Assembly: GCF_030144855.1 (NCBI RefSeq)
Contig: NC_082712.1
Location: 12,338,001-12,402,000 of the forward strand
Source: Hypanus sabinus
Taxonomy: Eukaryota
Length of the DNA: 64,000 nucleotides
Direction: 5' to 3'
Positions 12,689 to 24,028 of this stretch are shown piece by piece. Under the pieces are notes generated by a model. It had not been told where the DNA came from. It made no database searches and worked only from the letters and a program-made list of their open reading frames with translations. The first letter of the stretch is position 1. Every line of letters begins with the position of its first letter. The translations under genes and the position numbers were made by a program.

Positions 12689-15097
12689 TAAGAAACAGAG
12701 AAAATAGGTGCAGGAGTAGGCCATTCGGCCCTTCAAGCCTGCACCGCCATTTAGTATGATCATGGCTGCATCCAACTCAGAACCCTGTACCTGCTTTCTC
12801 TCCATACCTCCGGATCCCTTTAGCCACAAGGACCATATCTAGCTCCCTCTTAAATATAGCCAATGAACTGGCCTCAACTGTTTCCTGTGGCAGAGAATTC
12901 CACAGATTCACCACTCTCTGTATGAAGTTGTTTTTCCTCAACTTGGTCCTAAAAGGCTTCCCCTTTATCCTTAAACTGTGACCCCTCGTTCTGGACTTCC
13001 CCAACATCAGGAACAATCTTCCTGCATTGAGCCTGTCCAATCCCTTTAGAATATTATACATTTCAATAAGATTCCCCCCTCAATCTTCTAAATTCCAGAG
13101 AGTATAACCCTAGTCATCCATTCTTTCTTCATATGAAAGTCCTGCCATCCCAGGAATCAATCTGGTGAACCTTCTCTGTACTCCCTCTATGGTAGGAATG
13201 TCTTTCCTCAGATTAGGGGACCAAAACTGCTCACAATACTCCAGGTGTGGTCTCACCAAGGCCTTGTACAACTACTGTAGAACCCCACTGCTCCTGTAAT
13301 CGAATCCACTTGCTATGAATGCCAACATACTATTTGCCTTTTTCACCACTTGCTGTACCTACATGCCCACTTTCAATGACTGGTGTACAATAACTCCAAG
13401 GTCTCGTTGCACCTCCCCTTTTCCTAATCGGCCACCATTCAGATAATAATCTGTTTTCCTGTTCTTGCCACCAAAGTGGATAACTGCACATTTATCCACA
13501 TTAAATTACATCTGCCATGAATTTGTCCACTCACCTAACCTATCCAAGTCACCCTGCATCCTGCTCACAAGTAACACTGCCACCCAACTTCATGTCATCT
13601 GCAAACTTGGAGATGCTGCATTTAATTCCCTTGTCTAAATCATTAATATATATTGTAAACAACTGGGGTCCCAGCACTGAGCCTTGCGGTACCCCACTAG
13701 TCACTGCCTGCCATTCTGAAAAGGTCCCGTTTATTCCCACTCTTTGCTTCGTGTCTGCCAACCAATTCTCTATCCACATCAATGCCATACCCCCAACACT
13801 GTGTGCTTTAAGTTTGCACACTAATCTCCTGTGTGGGAGCTTGTCAAAAGCCTTTTGAAAATCCAAATATACCACATCCATTGGTTCTCCCCTATCCACT
13901 CTACTAGTTACATCCTCAAAAGATTCTATAAGGTTCATCAGGTGTGATTTTCCTTTCACAAATCTGTGCTGACTTTGTCCGATGATTTCACCGCTTTCCA
14001 AATGTGCTGTTATCACATCTTTCATAACCAACTCTAGCATTTTCCCCACCACCGATGTCAGGCTAACCGGTCTATAATTCCCCAGTTTCTCTCTCCCTCC
14101 TTTTTTAAAAAGTGGGGTTACATTAGCCACCCTCCAATCGTCAGGAACTAATACAGAATCTAAAGAGTTTTGAAAAATTATCAGTAATGCATCCACTATT
14201 TCTTGGGCTACTTCCTTAAATACTCTGGGATGCAGACCATCTGGCCCTAGGGATTTATCTGCCTTTGGTCCCTTCAACTTATCTAACACCACTTCCCTAC
14301 TAACATGTATTTCCCTCAGTTCCTCCATCGCACTAGACCCTCTGCCCCCTACTATTTCCGGAAGATTATTTATGTCCTCCTTAGTGAAGACAGAACCAAA
14401 GTAGTTATTCAATTGGTCTGCCATGTCCTTGTTCCCCATGATCAATTCACCTGTTTCTGACTGTCAGGGACCTACATTTGTCTTAACCAATCTTTTTCTT
14501 TTCACATATCTATAAAAAGATTTTACAGTCAGTTTTTATGTTTCCTGCCAGCTTTCTCTCAATCTTTTTTTTGCCTTTCCTAATTAAGCCCTTTGTCCTC
14601 GTCTGCTGGACTCTGAATTTCTCCCAGTCCTCAGATGTGCCACTTTTTCTCTTACCCAAGGAGTCTCGCACGAAAAGATTGCTAACTAACCCTTCCTCGT
14701 TGCTCAATACCCAGTCTAGAATGGCATAGTCTCTAGTTGGTTCCTCAACATGTTGGTTCAGAAAACCATCCCGCATCCCTTGTTCACCCTGGAGCTATGT
14801 CTCTGTGATCCCAACTATATCATATTCATGAATAACTATCTGCACATTCAATTCATCCACCTTGTTATGAATGCTCCTTGCATTGACACACAAAGCCTTC
14901 AGGCTTGTTTTTACCACATTCTTAGCCCTTAAACAATTATGTTGAAAAGTGGCCCTTTTTGATTTTTCCCTTGGATTTGCCTGTCTGCCACATATACTTT
15001 TCACCTTACTACTTTTTGCTTCTACCCTCATTTTAAACCCCTCTGTGTCTCTGCATTTGTTCCCATCCCCCTGCCACATTAGTTTAAATGCTCCTGA
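12689..15097 (-). mobile_element. CR1 LINE, 5'-truncated (endonuclease remnant, RT, 3' end)
   Basis: 298-aa ORF 13549-14445 ([12 protein letters not shown]...[12 protein letters not shown]...[12 protein letters not shown]...[11 protein letters not shown]...FADD); LKALCVNARSI. Confidence 0.92.
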
Positions 15098-15859
15098 ACA
15101 AGAGTTCCAGCTCCATGCCTTGTGTCTAAGGAGCAGTCCTGGCTCAGTGTTCTATGTCCTGTGTTTAAGTATCGTGTCCTGGCTCCAAGGTCCGCGATCC
15201 GAGTCCTGGCTGCGATGTCCGAGCTCCAAGTCCTAGCCCAGACCCTGAGTCCCAGCCTAGTCCAGGGCCAGAGTCCTTGTTCATTACACCTATTCCCAGT
15301 TCCACTTTGCTCTCCTTGATTTCTCTCTGTTCTATCCTTGTGTCACGGCTCTCCTTGTAAGTAGTAATAAACTCTATTTAGTTAACCCGATAAAATGTGT
15401 TTGTGTCCTGCATTTGGGTCCTTCCCCAGCACCTTTGCCCCCACATTGTGACACCCTCCATGACTTCCTACTTCTCTGCAGCCATGTCACTATCTCTGAT
15501 CAGCAGTGTCACACCTTTATCTCTCTTTCCTCCTTTCCTGTCCTTTTGGAAACATCTAAAGCCTGGCATTCGAAGTAGCCATTCCTGCCCCCGAGCCATC
15601 GAAGTATCTTTAATGGGCGCAACAGCACAGCACTGATCCACATTCTCAGCTCAGCCGCTGTGTTTGTGAATCGTTCATTAGTGGAAGGGAAAATACTGGA
15701 AAACATTTTACAGGACAAAATTTATTATCAGAGATGAAGCAATAGTGGTTTGAGGCAAATTTATACCCCTGAAGAACAATTCCAATGAAACCACAAGTAC
15801 AAATCCAATCAGAAAGGAAGCAAACTAGTATGGCAAAATGTCATGAGCATTCTTCAGGA

Positions 15860-16575
15860 CTGAGAAGGAAGGGGGGTAGGTGCCAGAGTGTAAAGGTGGG
15901 GGTAGGGGAGGGCCAGCAGGAAGCTGAGCGGTGAAGCCAGATGGCTGGGGAAGGTCAAGAGCCGACGAAGGAATCTGATAGGACAAGAGAGTGGACCATA
16001 GAAAAAAGGGAAGGAGGAGGAGACTCGTGGGGGGGGGGGTGGAGTAATAGTTGAGAGGAGGTAAAATGGTCAGAGTGGGGAATAGAGAAAGATGGATGTT
16101 AGGGTAGAATTGATTTACCGGAAGGAGAAATCGATATTCATGTATTCGGGTTGGAGCTTACCCGGGCGGAATATAAGGTGTCGCTGCTCTGTCCTGAGGG
16201 GGATCTCATCACGGCACAAGAGGAAGCCATGGAATGACTCATCAGAACAGGAATGGGAATGCAATTAAAATGTTCAGCCATCGTAAAGTTCCTCTTCTGG
16301 CAGATGGAGCGGAGGTACTCGATGAAGCAGTCCCCCAATTTACGACGAGTCTCACCAAAGTTGGAGAGGCCACATTGGGGCCACACTGGACACAATAGAC
16401 AACCCCAGCAGATATTCAGGTGAAGTGTTGCCCCACCTGGAAGCACTGCCTTGGGCCCTGAAGGGAGGTGGTATATGGGCAGGTGCAACACTTAGGCTGC
16501 TTACAGGGATAAGCGCCAGGAGCGAGATTAGTGGGGAGGGAGCGATCCCTACAGAAAGCGGGGGGGGGGGGGGAG
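15860..16575 (-). mobile_element. Penelope-like element 3' fragment (GIY-YIG region)
   Basis: PGAYPCKQPKCCTCPYT...QVGQHFT; NFGETRRKLGDCFIEYLRSICQK. Confidence 0.8.
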
Positions 16576-16789
16576 GTAAAGATACGTATGTTTAGTGGTA
16601 GGATATTCAAATGCATGTTAGTTTTTTCCAACAAAAGACGCCTCTGATAAAGCAATGATCCCTAATTACTGTGTCACTGTGTCCTGCTAAGTACAGCTCA
16701 CTGAACTGGGGTTTTCTTTTCATCTTGTGATGGAAAGGCTTCAAGCAGATTAACACTAGAGGTTCAGTTCATTGCAGTGTGCAAATAGA

Positions 16790-18180
16790 TTAAATGGACT
16801 TCCTAACCAACAGAACAGGCTGCCGGCAACAGTGGTGGAGATGGATACGATAGGGTCTTTAAGAGACTTTTGGATAGGTACATGGAGTTTAGGAAAACAG
16901 AGTAAGCCTAGTAATCTAGTAACTTCTAAGGTAGGGACATGTTCGGCACAACTTTGTGGGCCGAAGGGCCTGTATTGTGCTGTAGGTTTTCTATGTTTCT
17001 ATTATATGGCAAACCAGGAAGTGCGATGCAATGACAGGGTGAATTGTGAGATCAAGAAACCATCTAAACTTACAATTATCAACAGTCTTATAACATTGAG
17101 ATACTGTAGCGTGCAAAAGTCTTATACCTGGGATGCCGAAGACTTTAGCACAGCAATGTATTTGACAGCATGAAGCAGAAAGTGAGTTTGTGAATCTGGC
17201 AGGAGCAAAGTATGTTTGAAATGGCGAGGGTGGAATGTCGAGGGAGGCTGCTGTAACACAAACCTCTTACTCAATGTCACCAAGACCAAGGAGCTGAGTA
17301 TTGACTTCTGAAGGAGGAACAAAGAGATCCATAAGCGAGTACTCATGGGAGGATCAGAGGTGGAGAGGGTCAGCAACTCTAAATTCCTGCGTGTTATTAT
17401 CTCCGAGAATCGGCCCTGGACCCGCCACCTATGTGAAATTGCAAGGCACCTCTACTTCTATACAAGATATTTAGAGGAATAGACAGAGTGGACAGCCAGT
17501 GCCTCTTCCCCAGGGCACCACTTCTCAGTACAAGAGGACATGGCTTTAAGGTAAGGGGAGGGAAGTTCAAGGGGGATATTAGAGGAAGGTTTTTCACTCA
17601 GAGCGTGGTTGGTGCATGGAATGCACTGCCTGAGTCAGTGGTGGAGGCAGATACACTAGTGAAATTTAAGAGACTACTAGACAGCTATATGGAGGAATTT
17701 AAGGTGGAGGGTTATATGGGAGGCAGGGTTTAAGGGTTGGCACAACATTGTGGGCCGAATGGCCTGTACTGTGCTGTATTGTTCTTTGTTCTTTATGAGT
17801 TTGCGAAGATTCGGCACAACATCTAAAACTTCGGCAAACTTCTACAGATGTGTGGTGGAGAGTACATTGACTGGGGGCATCACAGCCTGACAGGGAAACA
17901 CCAATGCCCTTGAACGGAAAATCATACAAATGTAATGGATACGACAGAGTCCTTCACGGGTACAGCCTTCCCCACTATTGAACACATCTACACAGGAGGC
18001 TGATGCAGGAAAGTAGCATCTGTCATCAGGGACCCCGACCACCCAGGACATGCTCCCTCTCACTGCTGCCATTGAGAAGAAGGTACAGGGGTCTCAGGAC
18101 TGACAGAACGAGGGTCAGGAATACTTATTACCCCTCAAGCATCAGGCTCATGCACCAAAGGGAATGACTTCATCAACTTC
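16790..18180 (+). mobile_element. Cluster of CR1 3' ends and a Rex1-like fragment
   Basis: CR1 tails at 16790-17000 and 17470-17790 (FPRAPLLSTRGHGFKVRGGKFKGD). A Rex1-like piece (17260-17465, 17795-18180) is split by the second tail. Confidence 0.7.
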
Positions 18181-18199
18181 ACTTCATCATTAGATAATA

Positions 18200-19680
18200 A
18201 GACATTAAGACATAGGAGCAGAATTAGACCATTTAGCCCATTGAGTCTGCTCCGTCATTCCATCAATGCTGATCCAGATACACTTGCCTTCTCACCAAAT
18301 CATTTGATGCCCTGACCGAGCAGGAAACGATCATCTTTTGCTTTAAATATGCCCACAGTCTCTGCCTCCACCGCAGTCTGTGGCAGAGAATCCCACAGGT
18401 TTATACTCCGGCTAAAAAATTCCTGCTTCCCTCTGTTCTACAAGGTCACCCTTCAGTTTAGGGACTGTGCCTCTTAGCTCTGGTTACCTGCTACAGAGGA
18501 AACATCCTCTCTACATCCACACTATATAGTCCTTTCAACATTCGTTAGGTTTCAATGAGATCTGCTCACATCCTTCTAAATTCCAGTGAATACAGGCAGA
18601 AAACTGCCAAACAGAACTCGTATGTTAACCCCTTCATTCCTGGAATCCTCCTCGTGAACCTCCTCTGGACTCTCTCCAAAGAAAGCACATCTTTTTGGAG
18701 ATATAGGCCCAAAACTTTTCTTCGAACTTAAAGAAAAAACAGCACAGTGTGTCTTAATGCACTCACCATATTCTGTGGAAATCAAACTTGCCAACTCTTA
18801 TAAGCTGCACCTCTGCCCACTCCACAATACATTCGTCCCCACACACACACACATCAAACTTTAAACTACATCTTGCTATATTTGGGGCCATGGAGCATTG
18901 TGACCAGTTTTGGGCCCCTTCTCTAAGAAAATATGGGCTGGCATTGGAGATGGTCCAGAAGAGGTTCACGAGAATGATTCAGGGAGTGAGAGGGTTAACA
19001 TAAGAGGAAAGTGTGATGATTCTGGGTCTGTTCTCGATGGTGTTTAGCAGAGTAGGAGGGGGTGAGCTCATTGCATTCTGTCGAAAAGCCGAGATCGAGG
19101 AGATGGTGAGAGGATGCTTCCTATAGTGGCGAGTCTAGGACCAGAAGGGACAGTCTCCGAATAGAGGGGTGTCCTATTAAAACAGAGATGAGGAGGACTT
19201 CGCTAGTCAGGGTATAGTGAATCTGTGGAATTCATTGCCCAAGGTATTACATCGAATATCCTAACATGGATAAAAGAGATCAGGGTATGAAGGGTCCCGG
19301 CCAGAAACATCGACTGCTTACTCTTTTAGATGCTGCCTAGCCCACTGAGATCCCCTCGCATGAAGGGAGCCTTTTCTGGTTGGCTGCCGGTAACTCATGA
19401 TGTTGCACAGGGGCCTGTGTTGGGACCAATTCATTGTACATTATACGTTAATGATTTGGATGATAGTTGTTGGCTTTGATGCAGACTTTGCAGATGATAT
19501 GAAGATATGTGGAAGGCAAGGTGGGTTTGAGGAAGTGGAACGACTACAGAAGGACCCAGACAGATTAGGAGAATGGGGAAAGAAGTGGAGATGGAATGCA
19601 TTGTCGGTAAGTGTATGGTCATGCACATTGGCAGAATAAATGAAAGGTTAACTATTTTTTTTTAAATGGGGAGAAAATAC
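18200..19680. mobile_element. CR1 fragments (18200-18750 minus; 18870-19310 and 19360-19680 plus)
   Basis: EHCDQFWAPSLRK..LEMVQKRFTRMI; FADDMKI. Confidence 0.7.
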
Positions 19681-19779
19681 AGAGAAAATACAAAAAAAAA
19701 ACAGCTGAGCAAAATGACTTGGGAGACCTTGTTTAAGAATCCCTCAAAGATAATTTCCAGACTGAGACTCAGAAAAGAT

Positions 19780-19967
19780 GACCAGTTCAGGTCGACATCA
19801 CACCTACTCACTGTCTTCTCCTGTCCATACTACACCAACCGCTGCCACTGGGCTATAAACGTACAGGAGCAGTGTGGGGTTAAGTGCGTTGCACACTGCC
19901 TCAGCTGGGGCTCGAACTAATGACCTTCAGATCGCTAGCCCAAAGCCTTCACCAATTGGCCACATGC
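19780..19967 (-). mobile_element. tRNA-derived SINE
   Basis: Minus-strand head gTGGCCAATTGG (A box) ... GTTCGAGCC (B box). Confidence 0.6.
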
Positions 19968-20236
19968 CCCACTCACTGTCCTCAGCCCAATAGTGATTGC
20001 TGTCTGTGCAGCGTTTACCACCGCCTTAATTAGGCCTCTATCTACGATCGTTCTCCGGTTCTAGATATTTGGCATGTTCAGCCCAGAATTCTGCAACAGG
20101 TTGTAGAGTCAATGTAGAAAGAGGTCAATTAAAAACAGATAACATTTCTTCATGTGGAACATGGTGTTCTCGTTGGATCTTGTTGCGTCTGCACCTTGTG
20201 GTTGGAAAACCGATCTTCTCAGTCTCCTGTGGTGGA

Positions 20237-20252
20237 TCAGTCTTGTCGCTTT
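20237..20252 (-). CDS. Putative terminal micro-coding exon (cytoplasmic tail RKRQD*)
   Basis: Good acceptor (ttctgtccacag|A) in unique sequence. Joined to the phase-2 end of the TM exon it gives ...CDKLRKRQD*, a basic stop-transfer tail. Inference only. Confidence 0.35.
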
Positions 20253-22016
20253 CTGTGGACAGAACGAAATGGTTAACACGAATCTAGATCATGCAATGAC
20301 ACCACATCCGACTCCCTCCCCCCAATTCATTTATAAACTTTGAAGGGATTTGGATCGAGAGATGACTGGGAATTCCCACAGAATAAATTCTGTCATTGGC
20401 ATCAGTGTTTGACAACAAAACTGGAGATGAGCCCAAACATTGATTCAGTTGGAAACTTTACGGTGACATAACAACATAGGTCATGTTGTTGACAGGAAGA
20501 TGGTCTTAGGCTATAGGATAATATTGATAAAATTGTATGGAGCTTAGATTCAGACCGTAAGAGCATATGAAATAGCATCAGACTTTCAGCATTCAGCCCT
20601 TCTATTCTGCTCTGCTATCCCATCGTGGTTGATTTATTATCCCTAACAACCCCATTGTCCTGTCCTCATCCTGTCATCTTTGACAGCCTTACAATTCAGG
20701 AACCCATCAATCTCTGTTTTAAGTATTCCCACAGGCATTTATGGCTGTAAATTCCACAGATTCAGCATCCTCTGGCTCAGGAAATCCCTCGGAATATCCA
20801 TTCTGAAGGAAAATCCTCTGTGAATGGCAGAGTGAATTTAATCCTGTCTGTGATTCAATTTCTAGGATACAGGTATTTGAATATCAGATTTCTTAGGATG
20901 AATCTGGAAGAGAGGGAAATGGATACAAAAATCATAGGAACTAAGTAAATGAAACGTGTTGGGGACAGTAACAGATCGAGGCTGTAATTTAAGGAGGAAC
21001 CTGATTATCAATGATATTAGAGACATGGAAATCATTTGAATACTTTTCAGTGTTAATATGTTTGAAGTTGATACACTAACAGTTTAAACTGGATTATTGT
21101 GAAGGAAGATGGCTGCAGAGATTCAGTCAAGAGCTAAATCTCTGAGGGATTTCGCCTCATGGACTAGTCTTGTGTAGACCAAGAGACCAGATTCACCCTG
21201 GGTTGACTGCACTACCTGATCCCAGTGCACGTGGGATGACTAAGAGTCGAAACTTTCCCGTATTGTTGTTTCTTCTGGGTTCCAGAGTGTCCTTTTGTGC
21301 ACATCAACATTAGATTTGTGATTAGAATTTAGAACATTCCAGCACAGTACAGGCACTTCGGTCCTCGATGTTATGCCAACCTGTCAGCCTTCTCTAAGCT
21401 CAATCTATTATTTATCATTTTGTTATTTACAGATACAACGGCCCACCAGGTTGCGACACCCAGAAACTCAGGGATGTAATTCCAGCCTAATCACAGGACG
21501 GTTCACAATGAACAACTAATCTGATAACTGGAACATCACTGGACCGTGGGAGGAAGCCAGAGCACCCGGGGAAACCGACGTGCACATGGGAAGAGCGCAC
21601 ATTCTTTCTAACAAAGGGCGCCAGTTGCTCTAACCCTTTCCTCTAGTCCTGCCGAAGGGTCTCTGCCCAAAACGTCGACTGTACTTTTTCCATAGATGCT
21701 GCCTGGCCTGCTGAGTTCCTCCAGCATTTTGTGTGTGTCACTTTAAAATACACCATCTGCAGGTTTTCTCTTGTTTCTGGGTACGTTTAATCCGAAATGT
21801 ATCTCAAAATGCTAAATAGTCTACAAACACTTCTGCAGGAGTCACTCTTATGATGCAACGAGTATTTTCTACGGTGCTCCCACAAACAGCAAACGACAAG
21901 TACTGACTGGGCCACCGCAAGTATTTGAGCCAGTTCCCAACGTCCACCGACTGTCTGAGTGAATCGGATTTCAGTCACGTCCCGGCATGAGCCTTCAGCA
22001 TTAGTACATACAGTAC

Positions 22017-22119
22017 CTGAGTTTGTCACAGTAGAGAACGGCACCCATCACTAAAAGGGCGAGAGTTTTCAGTCCGAGTGGGATACACAACATCAGCACG
22101 GTTTCAGAAGCGCCTGTCC
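22017..22119 (-). CDS. Transmembrane exon with intramembrane Lys (DAP12-coupling type)
   Basis: Acceptor ctttctcttcag|GG is phase 1 and fits the Ig exons. Encodes GTGASETVLMLCIPLGLKTLALLVMGAVLYCDKL(R); GLKTLALL resembles the xxKALLLL of the SIGLEC15 TM. The donor CAG|gtactg is tentative; read-through ends RYCMY* at 22001. Confidence 0.75.
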
Positions 22120-22309
22120 CTGAAGAGAAAGTGAGAGAGGTCAATCCAGACTCGGGCAATGGGGGAGAGACCAACAATGTGGACTGATTAAAATCTGTAG
22201 GTGTGTGGATGAATTTATCATTTAGCATATTTTTACTGAAGAAGCTACAGATGATAACTTGTGTGTGAATGAATAAGAAAAGGATGTTAATAAATATATA
22301 GAGAACAGA

Positions 22310-22805
22310 GTGACAACAATCATGTTTGCTGTTGTGTGCTGGGGCAGCAGGCTGAGGGTAGCAGACACCAACAGAATCAACAAACTCATTCGTAAGGCCA
22401 GTGATATTGTGGGGGTGGAACTGGACTCTCTGACGCTGGTGTCTGAAAAGAGGATGCTGTCCAAGTTGCACGCCATCTTGGACAATGTCTCCCATCCACT
22501 CCATAACGTACTGGTTAGGCACAGGAGTACATTCAGACAGAGACTCATTCCACTGAGATGTAACACTGAGCGTCATAGGAAGTCATTCCTACCGGTGGCC
22601 ATCAAACTTTACAACTCCCCCCTCGGAGTGTCAGACACCCTAAGCCAATAGGCTGGTCCTGGACTTATTTCCACTTGGCATGATTTACTTATTATTTAAT
22701 TATTTATGGTTTTATATTGCTATATTTCTACACTGCTCTTGGTTGGTGCGGCTATAACAAAACAAAATTGCCCTCGGGATCAATAAAGTATGTCTGTCTG
22801 TCTGT
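22310..22805 (+). mobile_element. Rex1/Babar LINE 3' end
   Basis: AVVCWGSRLRVADTNRINKLIRKAS...HPLH...RCNTERHRKSFLPVAIKLYN and a (tgtc)n tail. Confidence 0.85.
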
Positions 22806-24028
22806 TTTTCTGCTCAACTCCATTCTACTGCCATCTCCCATAAAATTTGATGTCCTTTCTAATCAAGAAGTTCTCAACCTCCACTTAAAGACCAAGATTT
22901 GACCTTCACTGTCATCTGTGGCAACAAATTCCTCAGATTCACCACCGTCTGGCTGAATAATTTCCCCCCAACTCTGTTCTAAAGGGACATTATTCTATCC
23001 TGAGGCTGTGTCCTCCGGGTGCTCCGGTTTCCTACCACAGTCTAAGGATGGACCGGCTCGTTGGTTAATTGGTCATTGTGAATCGTCGTGGGTTCAATAG
23101 GTGGGTTTCTGGGTGGTGTGGCTCGTTGGGTCGGAAGGGCCTGTTCCGTGCTGTATCTCTAAATGAATAAACAAATAAATACTGAGGTGGAGAGTCCATC
23201 TTATCGTACTGGGGGACAACTCCGTAGTTATAACTGTCGGATAAAAGCTGTCCTTCAGCCTGGTGGTCCGTGCGTCCAGGCTGTTGTACCTTCTGCCCAG
23301 TGGGAGAGGGCCGAAGAGAGAATGTCCAGGGTGGATGGGAGGGTCTCTGATTTTGCAGTCTGCTTCACAGAGATGGTGAGAAGTGTAGACAGAATCCATG
23401 GTGTGGGGCTGGCTTCTGCCTTGATCAATGCGACAGGTTGAGCCCTGTAATCGTGTCCTGTCTGCCTCCTCCCCCTGACATTCTGCAGAATCACAATCGG
23501 GATTAGGATAATTTCACCGGCTTGTGTTTTGTGCAGCAGTACATTGCGATCACCATCATCGGTATGTGCTGTGTTGTGTGATGTGGGCAATCACAGTCTC
23601 GTAACAATGATGAACACACAAAATGCTGGAGGAACTCAGCAGGCCAGGCAGCAAGATGGGTGATGGCAGCCATTACCAATGTATTTCAGAGATTGCCTGC
23701 CTATTGTCAGTGGTCCATAAGACCACAGAATATTGGAGCAAAAGTAGGCCATTTGGCCCATTGAGTCCGTTCTGCCATTCAATCATGGGCAGATCCAATT
23801 CTTCCAGTCATCCCCACTCCCCTGGCTTCTCCCCATACCCTTTGATGCCCTGGCTAATCAACAACCTATCTATCTCTGCCTTTAAATGCACCCCATGACT
23901 TGGCTTCCACAGCCGCTTGTGGCAACAAATTCCACAGGTTTATCACCCTCTGACTAAAATAATTTCTCCACATCTCTGTTCTAAATGGGCGTCCTTCAAT
24001 CCTGAAGTCGTGGTAGTTGTCCAAGAAT

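Larger units (their letters stand above)
8881..15453 (+). mobile_element. Internally deleted non-autonomous LTR element (host of the Gypsy and CR1 insertions)
   Basis: 5' LTR remnant 8881-8909 plus 11895-11927; 267-bp internal region (gag start ATGGACCCAGCAGAC, pol-end remnant, PPT ggggggtggatac); 3' LTR 12195-15453 interrupted by a CR1. Confidence 0.7.
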
